Shown: positions 16,400 to 31,206 of the stretch, piece by piece
Layout: each line of letters begins with the position of its first letter
Position numbering within the stretch: the stretch's first letter is position 1
DNA from: the human T2T-CHM13v2.0 reference genome, Homo sapiens
Assembly: GCF_009914755.1 (NCBI RefSeq)
Contig: NC_060940.1
Length of the DNA: 64,000 nucleotides
Direction: 5' to 3' (one strand)
The notes under the pieces: generated by a model
Seen by the model: only the letters and a program-made list of their open reading frames with translations
Told to the model about the DNA's origin: nothing
Database searches by the model: none
Made by a program: the position numbers and the translations under genes

Positions 16400-16642
16400 C
16401 GATTCTCCTGCCTCGGCCTTCAGAGTAGCTGGGACTACAGCTGCGTGCCACCATGCCCAGCTAATTTTTGTATTTTTAGTAGAGACGGGGTTTCATCGTG
16501 TTGATCAGGATGGTCTCGATCTCTTGACCTTGTGATCAGCCTGCCTCAGCCTCCCAAAGTGCTGTGATTACAGACATGAGCCACCAAGCCTGGCCAAGTT
16601 TCCTTTTTAAACATTTCTTTCCTCTTGGAATAAATGCAGAGA
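16400..16642 (-). repeat. 243-bp duplicated copy of 17450-17692 (partial AluSc plus its unique flank)
   Basis: Ungapped match at offset 1050, about 8 substitutions by manual count. Includes 47 bp of non-Alu flank. Confidence 0.95.
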
Positions 16643-17297
16643 ATACGATGTGTTATTGTTTGAAGAATACGATGATGAGTGACAGACTATGGTATACCCC
16701 ATTGTTTTTCACTTTTATTCTGTCAGTTGTTTTCTTTTTGTTTCAATGTAACATTTCTCCACAACTTTGCACCTCTGTCTTCTCAAGTTTGGAATTATCT
16801 TACAGCCTCTCCAATCACATATCCTTATAAAGTGTCAACAAATAACTTTCACTCACAATATCTATTCTAATTCTCAACATCGTCCTTCTGAAGTAAGCAC
16901 TACATTTGGATGTGGATATTGTGGTTCATGGAAGTTAAGTATTTTGCCCCAAATGATACATGTAATAGCGACAGATCTGGAATCTGAATTCAGGCCAGTT
17001 GGATACCAAGTTAGTGATGTATTCAAGAGGCAGAATGACACAACCGAGCAGGAGAAGAGAGGACTTTTGTTGGGAACCATTAGCTCAGGAAGCATGGGTT
17101 GAGGCAGAAGAGATGTTAAAACTACAGTCCGGTGGAAAATCAGTTAAAGTCATTTGTATTAAGAAAAACTAAAACTAAGAGTAAGTCTTTGGACTGATAA
17201 ACTACTAATCACAGGGAGTTGAAGGATGACTTTGCTTTTTGTCAAGCAGAACTTCCAGAGCAGATGAGAACATATACAAAGGTCATGACCCTGTTGA

Positions 17298-17645
<348 letters not shown>

Positions 17646-18699
17646 AAGTTTCCTTTTTAAACATTTCTTTCCTCTTGGAATAAATGCAGAGACCAGCTGT
17701 ATTAGGGAATTCTGGTAAGAGTCTTCTACTGGGGACCTGTGATAGGGGAAGACAAATTGGATTGGATCAGGAAAGGGTTCAGGTTTAGTTCACAATATTT
17801 GATAGAGAAACAATTTGATGTTTCCCAGTAATGGGCCAGTCCTAATTTTTGAGGTCTAATCAGTTACTTTGCTCCATTTTATATAAACATTATTGTCCCC
17901 TGTGGAGAATGTTCATAGAAATGACTTTAGTCTGTGTGAGATGACATTTAATTTGTACTTGTAAAACTGCTTTAAAGTGTAAATTTGACATGTGCTCCTC
18001 AGGAGAGTAATTTGGGTATGGCATGCAGAGATTTAATAAAAATAAATCAAAACACATACTTTCTTACAAATATGTTTTTAAAAATCCAATGACTGTGTTC
18101 AGTGATGCTTAGAAAATAATATGTGAACTGTACTACAATGATGTACCTTAAAATTTAGTGAAACCTCAAAGATAAGATGGATCCAATTAAATAAAATCAG
18201 AACCAAACTTAATACCACACTATTTTTATAGTCAATGTTAGAATGTATGAACGGTAATTGTTTTAATATTTAACACAGACAAGTTTTGGTATAGACTCTT
18301 GTTCTTTACTAAGAGGTGTATCTGGCTACAGTTACCACTCAATTGATGATATTGATACACAGTCATTAAAAAGTTTAACCAAAAGATTTTTGCAGCCTGT
18401 ATCAGTGCAGTGTGTGAAACAGTATGCCTCTACATAGTAAAGAAGCTCAGTGTAATAACACAATGTGGAAAAGCAAAAATAATAAATCCCATTGAATACA
18501 CCAATAAAAACTCTGATTATTCTTAGGAATCATGCAGTGTAACAACTTGACCTTATTGTAAGTCATTGTATAATATGTTATTGTAGAGCTTACAATAAAT
18601 TAATTTTAAATTGTTACCTTATTGTAACAAATAATGATATATAAAATCTTGCATAGGGAAGTGGTGTTGAGGTGGTGGCAGAGAGTATACGCTCTAGCG

Positions 18700-18870
18700 T
18701 GAGAGTTGACCTCTCTTTCTTTAAGTTTACTTTCCTTTAAAAGAGTGACAACAATAATACTTCCCTGGTAGGGCTAAGAAAAGGATTAAATGAGACAACA
18801 GGTAAACAGTACTTAGAACAGTGCAAGCAAGGTACAGCCTGAGTTCAATAAATATCACCATCATTATTCA
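18700..18870 (+). mobile_element. MIR fragment
   Basis: 'ataatacttccctggtagggct...aggattaaatgagac...cttagaacagtgc...ttcaataaatat'. Confidence 0.7.
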
Positions 18871-19949
18871 ATTCTCTTAAGAAGTAATTACTTTTAGGGG
18901 TACTTCCCAAGACACATGCTAGCTATTTGTGGAAATTTGGTACAAATAATGATTTAAATATGGTAAAGTTTATGTGATATTTTCCTTTTCCTCCACTTGC
19001 TTGTACAGCATTTATTAATTGTATTCACAGGATGTAGCTAATTTTTAAAACCCAAGGGGTATATTATTAGTTATACTACTGAATGGAGTTGCAAAGGAGT
19101 CCATAAATACACACAGAAGAATTGCTCTCTAACACTAATCATTATATATAAAATACTGTAGGAGATGCTCTCATACTTTGAGGTCATAATTTATCCTGTA
19201 GTATATCTTGGACCTGTTTCACAGTTGCTGACCTTCTAGCTCATTATAGCCTACTATATAGCTGCTTATGATTATTATGTGATTAGACTGATGATGTGAT
19301 TAGAAGGAGCCAGACAGCCTCAGAGATGCTGTAGTAGCAATGATTAAAAGTAATTTTCTTGATGATAGGGAAAAAAAGTCATGTCTGATTTCTAATGTAA
19401 TTGGAAAGCATGAGATGGCAATTTATGTGAATTATTATATCATGCTAATGAGAAAATATATATTTACATATTTTTTAAAGATACTATCTTATTTTCTCTA
19501 ATCATAGAGAAAAATACTTTCAGTCTTCACACATATGTTTGCTCATAGTTCACACAAAACCCAATAATTGTGAAGATAATCACAGAAAGATCACATCTCT
19601 GGGAACTGTCAAAATGCAGAGTCTTGGGGTCTGCTTTCTTTCTGGGAGCCCTGTTATTTGCACAGGTCACAGGCAAACTCACCAGCACATCTGAGATACT
19701 TTATCCTCTGTATTCAACAACCACTCATTTTTTCTGTGTGTGACTAAATTTTGTCATGTCTCTGACTATTCAAAAAATCATATGAAATTAAAGAAAGATA
19801 AGTACAAGAAAGCAAGTCTGAAAAATATTCCCCAGTTAGATAATGTTTGCAATAGAACCCTGCCAACCAAATAATGATAAACTCAATCCATTAGCAATTA
19901 AGAGACCCAAGATTACCCAATGACCTGCATTCATCAGACCATACATTAT

Positions 19950-20760
19950 CTGATCTGGTTGGTACACCTTGACTCCTTTATAGAGTAATAATTCTCACTC
20001 CAGTGCTGTCAGCCTCCATGTCATTGAAGTTGCACAGGAACTGTAATCTTTGTCTCATTTTTCTGACCAAACTCCCAATCTCTCAACTCAAAACCAATCC
20101 AGCTATCCATCTTTTTTGTTCTGCATTCTGACTCCTGCAAACTGTTAGATTAAATCATGCATTTGAGCAGATTGGTGTCATCACACTTTCTAGGAACCCA
20201 GTGGCACCTGGGCCCCAATGCAGCTCAGCAATATTGCTATGCCCGTTGGTCATTACCTGTGCTGCTCATCGTAGCACCTATTTCAATTCTTTACTTTTCC
20301 CCTCACAAAAATCTACTCTACCAACAGTAACTTTTCTCTACGGATAGTTTCTCCTGCTTCTTCACAGAGAAAATTGGGTCCTTTAACCTACAATTAAAAC
20401 GTTTCCCTTTCTACTCACTCCCACACAGCCTGTGTGTATATTCTAGTATGTCCCATTAAACATAGATCCTTCTTCTGACCTAATGTTTCTCTTTAGCTAC
20501 TGCTTTATCTTTTTCCTTCATTTTATAGCCAAGCTGTTTACTATATGGCTTAAATTAACTAACATAGTTAGTGTCTCATTTAAAATTTTAATCTGTAGTA
20601 AACAGACTTCTACCCCCATCAGCTTCACTGGAAATATTCCTGTTAAGTTCTCCACTTACTTTCTAAATGTCTTAGCCAAGGAATTCTGTCCAATCCTTAT
20701 TTTACTTGAAGTCTCTATAGCCCTTATATTTATTCTTAGAGGTATAAGTTATTTGTGTCT
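19950..20760 (+). mobile_element. Diverged L2 internal fragment
   Basis: C/T-rich L2-like text ('tgcttcttcacagagaaaattg', 'tccttattttacttga'). Boundaries approximate. Confidence 0.5.
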
Positions 20761-20829
20761 CTACTTTGAGGATTATAGTTTCCATCGTAGAAACTTTTCC
20801 CTTTATAACAAGGGAAAAATATATGCATA

Positions 20830-22130
20830 TCCCCACCTCCCATGATAAAGCAATGTTTTAACATTTTCATAGATGTCTTTCAATGATTTTTTTCTATACA
20901 TATATATGTATTTTATACATGTGAACATTGTGCTATTTTTGTTTAACATGTCATAAATATTTTCTCACATTATTAAATAATCTTTAAAGATGAGATTTTT
21001 AAGGCTGTACAATATTCATTATATGAACAAAACATTATTTAATTCTTTTGTAGTTACTAGAAATTTCAGTTTTACATTATTTTACCTTTATTGTGGTATA
21101 ACACTTTGCTTTTTTAACAACTATATATTTTTCCCTTACTTTTTAGTTCCTGTGGCCAAAAGGAAACAAAAAAGTTGTCCTTTGTAGCATTTGTTAGTTT
21201 CTCTGGTGTAAATAATTCCACCATGGTCAATTTCACATTACCAACAGCATGCCACTAAATGAAGAGATGGAATGATCTCTCAATCTGCCAATCAAAACTG
21301 GGGCCAGCGAACCACTGCCAGTGGTCCTTCTGCTCCTATTCAGGCACCAGAGTTTTCTGTGTTTACTGTCTCAAAATTAGAACCATCCGCCCAACAAAAA
21401 ACAAGAAATTTTGGCTTCGAGATCCAGTTTGGACCGTAAAAAATAATCAAGTCTCTTTGATGGTACGGGGGTTGAGTTGTGTGTATACTGTCAGGACGTT
21501 ATAGGGCTTTATAGATTTTCTAGCAGCTCAGCACGATACATACCAAAAATAATTTCCAATTTGCCCTAGAGGGCAAAGATAGGGAGATGGACACACTGAA
21601 ATGATCCTTTGGGGACTTAAGAAAATGACACTGCTCTAGACGAATAACTATAGACTGGTATGGAATATGGGCATCTCAGAAGATGCTGGCAGGAATAGCT
21701 AGCGGTGATCCCTTATACATAGCTTCTCTTTTCAACATCTTGACACTTAAAACTTAGATAAGTCACTTAGGGAAGTTATAGGAGTGGGAGTTAGGGGGAG
21801 ATGAGATTAAATCAAATCAACTTTGCAATGCCTGGAAGAATAGAAGCTCAAAAAAGAAATAAAGTTCAATTTCAGAAAAAAATAAAGTTGGAATTACCTG
21901 TGCACTTGAATTTAGAAAATGAGCTTTCTATTCACCATTTTCTATAAATAATGCTTCTATGTGTACTCTGATAAATAAACTTTCTTCTGCATCTCTAATT
22001 AATTAAAAAAATGAACTCCTAGCAAAGCAACTGTAGGGTCAAAGGAAATAAACAATTTTAAGGTTCTAGAAATTATCAAAGATTGCCTCACAGAAATCTC
22101 ATAGCAATTTACAGGGTAAACAACCTTGAA
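20830..22130 (-). mobile_element. Old L1ME 3' fragments (about 20830-21100 and 21930-22130) separated by other sequence
   Basis: 'tttttaaggctgtacaatattcattatatga' and 'ctcctagcaaagcaactgtagggtcaaagg' resemble the antisense L1ME 3' end. Confidence 0.5.
21180..21317. mobile_element. MER63-like fragment
   Basis: 'tttgtagcatttg...ggtgtaaataattccaccatggtcaatttc...ccagcgaaccactg'. Same family motif as 15652-15856. Confidence 0.55.
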
Positions 22131-22599
22131 TGGATCCAGCAATCTTCCAACATCATACCCCACCAACTCCCACCTGCCCAAAAGCAGCTAGAGAATGCTG
22201 GTACTGAGACAGATAACCTAGGGTATCCAACCATGTTCTGAAAGGTTTGCATTTAAAAGTATTTATGCATATGCAGTCAGAAATATATATTACATTCTTG
22301 AGAAAACTAAAAATTCTCTTTGCTAGACCTGTCTGTTACATATCTCCTCTAATGATGACTGTTGCTTTTTACTTTGTAGTCAAAGATTTCCTGAAACTCA
22401 TGAAGTATGTGGTCAGTGGTATCTTCTGAGGCAGGGTTGATGACGGGGCCACTTTTGCAGGGGAGGGATTAATGATGTTCTCATCCTTCCTCACAGGCCT
22501 AGCTTCATCAATGTCCAGCCTCCAGAGGGCCTTCCCAGGAGGGTAGGCATTAATGCAAGCAAGTGGTGGTCTGCATAGCTGAGCAGAGTCTGCTGTGTT

Positions 22600-23220
<621 letters not shown>

Positions 23221-23594
23221 CGTTGGGAAATTTTCAGTGTCTTTTAACATTTTTGACTGATGAAAGGTCCATTAAATAATCCTAGAGAATTGTGTTGAAA
23301 TGTGGTTACAATTTCATGATTCAAAACTTGACAAGTACAAGCTATCAGTTTTAATTGCAGGGTTTATTTTTGGTCCTTCATTTGTTTCAAATGATTGTTT
23401 CAGCTAGAATCAAATGTGTATTATGCCACTGATAGAGAACTAGAAGAGTGTCCCTTTAAAAAAAATTTCACCAACAGTATAACTTTTAGTCACAATTGAG
23501 CAGGAATTGGGGTATCTAAGAATACCAGGATGGGAAAAGTATCAATTTTTCTTAGAGACAAAACTGGTTCAGAGGGACCATTGGTGTTCTTAAA

Positions 23595-25810
23595 TTTTTT
23601 AAATTGTGGTTAAATACATACAACGTAAAACTTGCCATTTTCGCTATTTTTAAGTATGCAATTTAGTGGCATTAGTTATATTCACAGTGTTGGACAGCCA
23701 TTGCCATTATCTATTTCCCAAATTTTTCGTCAGCGCAAAAGAAACTCTGTTTCCATTAAGCAACATTCTCCATTCCTTCCTTCCCTAACCCCAGATAATC
23801 TCTAATCTACTTTTTGTTTTTATGAATTTGTATATTCTGGATCTTGAACAAGAGTGGAATCATACAATATATGACCTTTGGTGTTTGGCTTATTTCGGTT
23901 AAATAATGTTTTCAAGGTCGTAGCATACAACAGAACTTCATTTCCTTTTATGGCTGAATAATATGCCATTGTATGCATATGCTCCATCTTGTTTATCCAT
24001 TCATCTGTTGGTGGCTACTTGGGTTGATTCCACCTTTTGGCTATCATGAATAATGCTGCAGTAAACATTCATGTACAAGTATCTGAATCCCTGTTTACAG
24101 TTATTTAGGGCATATACCTAGAAGTAGAATATCTGGGTTATATGGTAACTCTATGTTTAACTTTTTGAGGGACTGTACCAGTGGCTCCACTATTTTACAT
24201 TCCTACCAGGAATGTAAAAGTATCCTACTTTCTCCACATTTTTGGCAACAATTATTTTCAGTTATTATTATTATTACAGCCAATTTAGTGAGTGTAAAGT
24301 GAAATCTCGTTGTGGCTTTGATTTGCATTTCCATAATGAGTAATGATTTTTGAGCATATTCATATGCTTATAGGCCATTTTTATATTTTCTTTAGAAATA
24401 TCTATTCAAGTCCTTTGTCTGTGTTTAAATTTGTGTGTTTGTCTTTTTGTTGTAGAGTTTTACGAGTTCTTTATATATTATCAATATTAAACTTTTGTCA
24501 GATATATGGCTTGTAAATAATTTATCCCATGTGTAAGCTTTCTTTTCACTTTCTTGATAATTGTTTTTTATATGAAAGCTTTTAACACTGATGAATTCTA
24601 ATTTGTCTATTTTATTTATTTTGTTGCTCATACTTTCAGTGTAATGTGTGAGAATCTGTCACCAAATCCAAGATCATACAAAATTTACCCCTGTGTTTTC
24701 TACGAAGAGTTTTGTGGTTTTAGCTCTTATATTTAGATTGTTAGTCTATTTTGATTTAAGTTTTGTAAATGGTGTGAGGTTGAGATAAAAGTTTATATTT
24801 TGCATTTGGAAATCCAAGAGTTACAGGATTATCTATTGAGAAGTTATTATTTCTTCATTGAGTGGAATTGGCTCCCTTATTGACAATTAATTTACTATAA
24901 ATATATGGGTTTCATTGCTGGAGTCTAAATTCTGTTCAGTCACTCTATTTGTCTGTCCTTATGACAGTACCACACTGTAGCTCTGTAAAAAGTTTTAAAA
25001 TTGTAAAGTGTGAGTTCTCCATCTTTGTTCTTCCATGTTAAGATTATTTGGCTATGCAGGACCCCTTCAAATTCCACATGAGTGTGACAATCAGATTTTA
25101 CATTCTTGAAAAAAATGGTGTCAGAATTTTGATAGAGATCGTTTTAAATCTGTAGATTTCTTTGGGTAGAATTGACATCTTAACAATATTACATCCTCCA
25201 GGCCCATGAACATAAGACGCCTTTCCATACATTTCATCTTTGGCTTCTTTCAAATTTTTTTTTAATTTGCAGTTTACAAGTTTTTCACATCCTTGATTAA
25301 ACATATTTCCAAGTATTTTATTGTTTCGGATGGTATGAAATGGGTTTAATTTCTTTTTCAAATTTTTCATTGCATTTTGTATAGAAACACAAATTATTTC
25401 TGTGCATTGACTTTATACCCTGCAAGTTTGCTGAAATCATTTATTAGCTCTAGTCGCTCTCTTGTGGAATTTTAAAAATTTTTTGTATGCACGGGATCAG
25501 GCTATCTCTGAATGTAGATAGCTTTTCTTCTTTACTTCCAATTTGAATGACTTTTATTTCTTCTTTTTATCTAATCGCTATAGATAGAACTTCCAGTACA
25601 ATGCTGAATAGAAGTGGTAAAAATGGGCATCCTGTCTTGTTTATACTTTAAAGGAAAACTTTCAGGTTTTCGGCATTGTATATATTAGCTATGAGGTTGA
25701 TAAATTCTTTTTATCGTGGTAAGGAAGTGTTTCTAGTTTTCTTAGCGTTTTTATCATAACAGAGTGTTGGTTTTTGTCTAACGCCTTTTCTTCATTAATA
25801 GAGTTGTCAC
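23595..25810 (-). mobile_element. L1MB-like LINE-1 (3'UTR plus ORF2 3' half)
   Basis: Antisense L1MB 3' end 'tttttaaattgtggttaaatacatacaacgtaaaacttgccatttt'. ORF2-like peptides on the minus strand ('NIVKMSILPKEIYRF'). Confidence 0.85.
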
Positions 25811-26307
25811 GTGTTTTGGTGTTCTGCTTTTTGGCACATATGTGACTATAATTGTTACATTTTTCTCAATACATTTATCATTTTATCAGTGATATGATAA
25901 AATGTTCTGCTTTGTCTTTGGAACAGTATCAATTTAAAGTCATTTTTTCCTTGATATTAGTGTAGCCTCCCCAGATCTCTTTTTGGTTGATTGTCTTAAA
26001 TGTTTTTTTTCATCCTTTCATTTTCAATCTGTCTGCACGTTTTAGATCTTGGGTGAGTCTCTAATAGAGAACATATAGTTGGATAATTTTATACATTTCT
26101 CTAATGCCTGCGTTTTAATTGAAGAGTGTAATTCATATACACTTAAAGCAATTGCTGATAGAAAGAACATCTGCTCTTTTGCTATTTGTTTGCTGTATAT
26201 TTATCCATTTCTTTTCTTTTTGTGCCTTCTTACCTTCCCTGTCTTGTTTTTAGTCCAATATTTCATGTGAGCTGTTTTGAGTCTATTCTCATTTTTTGGT
26301 GTATATA

Positions 26308-26308
<1 letters not shown>

Positions 26309-26346
<38 letters not shown>
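26309..26346. repeat. (TG)19 microsatellite
   Basis: Seen directly in the sequence. Confidence 0.97.
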
Positions 26347-26347
<1 letters not shown>

Positions 26348-26692
26348 TAATAATGGGTATTACAATTATAATTTAAATTAATAAAAAATCTAGTTTGAAT
26401 TTATACTTCTATAGCATATAAAAAACTTTGCTCCTATATAGCTATTCCCCCTTTATATTGTTGTCAAAAATTATATTTTTATACATTGTATGTTAAATAG
26501 TGTAAACCTATAGACTGTTATGCATTCGTCTTTTAAATACTGTAGAAAATATAGAGTTGCACATATAAAATACAATAATACTGGTTTTTATATTTGCCCA
26601 TATAGTTATCTTTACTAGAGATCTTTATTTCTTTACATGGCTTCAAATTACCATTTAGTATCTTTATATTTTCACCTGAAGGATTTTATTTT

Positions 26693-28426
26693 TGCGTGTA
26701 TGTCCCCCGCCCACCTGCCAGAGAGATTCACCTGTGGCCCCCTGCTATTCCTTTGGAGCACTTTCACTTGTGGCCCACCCCCTGCTCTACCAGAGTTCAT
26801 TTGCCAGTGGCCCCTGACAGTGCTATTGTCAGCAGAACCTTGGTTCCCCCAGTGCAGGTAGTGTTTGACCTTGAGGGGCCAGAGAAGAAAACCATGGCCT
26901 GGTACCAGCCCCTCAGAGTTAGAGCATGCAGCCCAGGAGTACTGAGCTCAGTCTTAGCCCTCTGAAAACATCCAGAAATAAAGCCAATCAACTAAACCCA
27001 ATTTACACCACAGTCAAACCCTCAAGGGCATTACAGAGAATAAAAGCTAAAAGCATCATCAAGAGGATAGGAACTTCAAAGATTAAAGAAACATCAGCCT
27101 ACACAAATGAAAAAGAACAAGTGTAAGAATTCTGGCAACTCAAAAAGCCAGAGGGCCCCTTTACCTCCATATGAGCCCACTAGCTCTCCAGCAATGGTTC
27201 GAAGTGAAATGACCAAAATGACAACACAGAATTCTGATTGTGAATGGCAAAAAAGCACATTGAGATTCAGGAGAAAGATGAAACCCAATCCAAGGAATTC
27301 AAGAAATCCAATAAAACAATACAAGAGCTGAAAGACAACTAGCCATTTTAAGAAAGAATCAAACTGAACTTCTGGAATTGAAAAGTCCACTACAATAATT
27401 TTATAATTTAGTCAGAAGCATTAACAGCAAAATTGACCAAGCTGAGGAAAGAATCTCAGAGCTTGAAGACTGATTCTTTGAATCAACTCAGACAAAAATA
27501 AAGAAGGATTTTTAAAAATGAACAAAACCTCCAAGAAATAAGGGATTATGTAAAGAGACCAAGTTTGTGACTCATTGTTTTTCCTGAGAGAGGAGAGAAA
27601 GCAAACAACCTGGAAAACGTATTTGAGGACACAGTCCAAGAAAATTTCCCCAATTTCACTATAGAGGTTGACATGCAAATTCCAGAAATACAGAGAACTC
27701 CTGTGAGATAATATCCAAGATGGTCATCCCCAAGGCACATAGTCATCAGATTCACCAAGATCAGTGCAGAAGGAAAAATGTTGAAGACAGCTAGGGAGAA
27801 GGGTCAGGTAATATACTAAGGAATCCCCATCAAGCTAGCCGCAGACCTCTCAGCAGAAACCTTACAAGCCAGAAGAGACTGGGGCCTGTTTTCAGCTTTA
27901 TTAAAAAAGAATTTTCAACCAAAAATTTTATATTCTACCAAATAAGCTTCATATGTAAAGGAGAAAGTAAAATTATTCTCAGGCTAGCAAATGCTAAGGG
28001 AATTTGTTACAACTAGACCAGCTTGACAAAATGTTCTTAAAGCAGTGCTAAACATGGAAATAAAAGAATGACAATTGCTACCACAAAAACACACGTAAGC
28101 GCATAGTCCACAGACATTATAAAGCCACTGTATGATAAAGTCTACAAAACATTCAGCTAACAATACGATGACAAGATTAAAATCCCACATGTTAATGCTT
28201 ACCCTAAATGTAAATTATCCAAATACCCCATTGAAGAGGTATAGAGTGGCAAGCTGGATTAAAAAAAAAAAAAAGAGGTCTAACTGTGTGCTGTCTTCAA
28301 GAGACCAATGTCACATGTAATAACACCTACAGGCTCAAAGTAAAGGGTTGAAGAAAAATCTACCATGCAAGTGGAAAACAAAAAAGAGCAAGAGTCACTA
28401 TTCTTATATCAGATAAAACAGACTTT
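26693..28426 (+). mobile_element. Internal LINE-1 fragment (part of 5'UTR, ORF1, start of ORF2 endonuclease; L1MA/L1PB-age)
   Basis: ORF1-type text ('gaccaagctgaggaaagaatctcagagcttgaagac', 'gcagacctctcagcagaaaccttacaagccagaagag') and EN start ('LTLNVNYPNTPLKRYRVASWI'). No 3' end or poly(A). Confidence 0.88.
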
Positions 28427-31170
28427 GGTATTTCTTACAGAATAGTTCTAGTGGTAATAAATTCTCTCAACTTTTGTTTATGTGAAAATGTCTTAATTTT
28501 GTCATCATTTTTGAAGAACAGTTTTACCAGGTGTAGAATTGTTTGTTGACTTTCTTTGTCCTTTCAGTACTTTAAATATGTCACTCAATCATTTTCTGCC
28601 CTCCATAGTTTTAGATAAGAAATCAATTATTAATCATATTGAGAATCATTTATACATAATGAGTTGCTTTTTGTTTACTTCTTTCAAGATTTTCCCTTTG
28701 TGTTTTGGTAATTTGATTGTAGTGTGTCTTGAGGTGAAGCTCTTTAAGTTTGTTCTAAATGGAACTTGTTGTTCTTCTTGAATATATAAATTCATGTATT
28801 TCACCAAATTTTGGAAGTACATGCCTATGACTTATGGAAACATTCTTTTGTCTATTTTCTCCTTCTGAGACTCTTATAATGTATATGTTGGTCCACTGGA
28901 TGGTATTCCATGGGTCCCTTAGTCTCTGTTTACTTAATTAATTTTTCTTTCTGCTTTTCAGACTGGATAATTTCAATTTCCCTGTCTTCATGTTTGCTGA
29001 TTCTTTCTTCTGCCTATTTAAATCTACTGCTGACCCCTCTCAAATGAATTTTTCTATTTCCGTTTTTAACTTTTCATTTCCAGATTGTGTGTAGTTCCTT
29101 TTCATAATTTCTGTCTCTTTATTGGCATTTTTGTTTTGTTCCTTTCTCATTTTTCTGATTTTCTTTATTTGCCCCTATTTTTCTTTACCTCTTTGAAACT
29201 ATTTAGGACAGTTATTATAGAGTCTTTTCTAGTTATTCCAATGCCTGGGCTTACTCAGGTATGGTTTTTGTCCATTTATTTTGTTGCTTTGAATGGACCA
29301 CACTTTTCTATTTCTTTGCATAACTTGTGATTTTAAGTTTTGAAATTGGACACATTTGAATATTATAATGTAATTTTCTAAATAAGATTCTCCACTTCCT
29401 CCAGGATTTACTTTTTTTAGTTGTTGAAGGTTGTAGTAGTACATTTACTTAGTGCCTTTTTCAAGCTAGTTTTGCATTGACCATCCCTTTAGCTCATATT
29501 CAAGAAGTATTTTGATAGGGATTTCTTTGAATTCCAGGAGTTAAAAAACAAACCAAGAAAAAAACTCTTTCATTCTGCTGTTTGGATCTGTGCTGGGCTT
29601 TCTTTCACAGCATAGCCAGTTTTGCTCTAAGCCTAGGGCTCAGCCTGAGGGGAATATTTTATGTCTTCGAAAGGCTTTTCTGAGCATGTGTCTTTCCCTG
29701 GTGTGTGTATGACTTTCTAAATTATCCCATATATATAAGTGATTTTCAGTGCTTTTCAAAATACCACTCCATAGCATTTCCTAATGGACTTTTAGATACT
29801 TTACGTTCTGTCTCACCGTAATTTTTTGTCCCAGGTATCTGTAGGTTGTTTGTTTGCTTTACAGTGTTTTCAAGCAACTCCCTTCACTTTTCCAACCTCA
29901 GTGGGTTTCAAGCTCAGAAAGACAGAGGTGGGAACCTTGTGTCATCCCCAGACAGGTTAGAATAGACATACATAACAATTTGCAAATAGGACCTGCTTTG
30001 TTCTGTCCAGAAGCAGGGACCATCACCCCACACTGAGAATGCTGCCTGCCTTCTTTTATAGTGTCACCAGGCTGGGGAGATGTTGAGGCAAGGACAAGTA
30101 AAAAATGGCAGAAAATTTTTCTATCATCTTTAAGTTATCTTTTTCCTGATTGAGCAATCATCTCTGTGTTGCACATCTTTTACTGTTTTCCAGAGTTCTT
30201 ATAAGGTGTTTTGTTTTGTTTTGTTTTGTTTTTCTGAGAGGTTGTGCGTGTGTTTCAATGTTTCTTTTGAGGAACAGAAGCTTGGAACTGCCTGCTCTAT
30301 CAATTCATTGATGTCAGTCCAGTAAATATTTTACTCTATATTTATTATTCATTCTATACAAAGAAAAATAGATGTGTGTGTGTGAAGATGTGATGAAGTG
30401 TCAGTATATAAGCCAGCAAGGGAAATGATAGTTCTTAAAGAAGAGGAGGAATGAGGACAGTTCTCCATTAAGAATGACTCTCCAATAAGAATGAATGCTC
30501 AAGTATAGGTTGGCTGGTTAAATGGTGCATAGGTAGATACATTTCAAATTTTTTTGCTAAGGCTTTGTTAAAACACTGCTAATGCCTTAAAAGGAATACT
30601 TTGGATAATTTCACTTAATTAATTAGTTAAGCATGTAAACACTGAGATAAATTCCTGTATTATTAAATATGCTTGAATAATGTGATGTGAGTGGTGGCAG
30701 GGAGTTTTCTTCTATGAGTATACAATAATTTAGTTAACTAATTAGACTTTTAGGCTGCTATTAATTTTTTGCTATTATAAGTAGTACAGCAATGAGTGCC
30801 ACAGTACCCAAGTTCATCTTGAATCTTGTATTTAGGTATTTGCTACCTTTTCAGACTTAGAATATAGATCTTCCCACTTAAGGTCCTTGGAATTACCAAG
30901 GAAGTAATCAGTTTACATAAAGCCCATGTAATACATAATAGAAATATTTAGAATACATAATATTCTAAAGTGTATTTTACTCCGGGAAAACATTTTTTAA
31001 AAGGAAACAAACTAGTTAGGAAAGTTTTTTTGCAGATGAGAAGATATGGAGAGATAGCAAATAAGAAAGATTGCTGACACAGTTTCATCAAGGAGGTATT
31101 ATCCTTTTATTTGTCTAGTTGTTTGGGGGCTACAGAGATATTTTATCTTATAAGCCGAGCTTATGCATTT

Positions 31171-31206
31171 GAGATCAGGTGTGTTCAGGGTGGTATGGCC
31201 GTAGAC
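31171..31206 (-). pseudogene. 5S rRNA 5'-terminal fragment (nt 1-36), tailless retropseudogene
   Basis: Reverse complement GTCTACGGCCATACCACCCTGAACACACCTGATCTC matches the 5' end of 5S rRNA except for 3 CpG transitions. Perfect TSD gagcttatgcattt (31157-31170 / 31207-31220). Confidence 0.95.

Larger units (their letters stand above)
25820..30320 (-). mobile_element. Old L1M (L1MC/MD-type) 5'UTR-ORF1-ORF2 start, split by an inserted L1 fragment
   Basis: Antisense L1 text continues across the insert ('ttcacctgaaggattttattt | ggtatttcttacagaatagttctagtggtaataaattctctcaacttttg') and ends in an L1M 5' motif 'ttttccagagttct...tgatgtca'. Confidence 0.7.
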
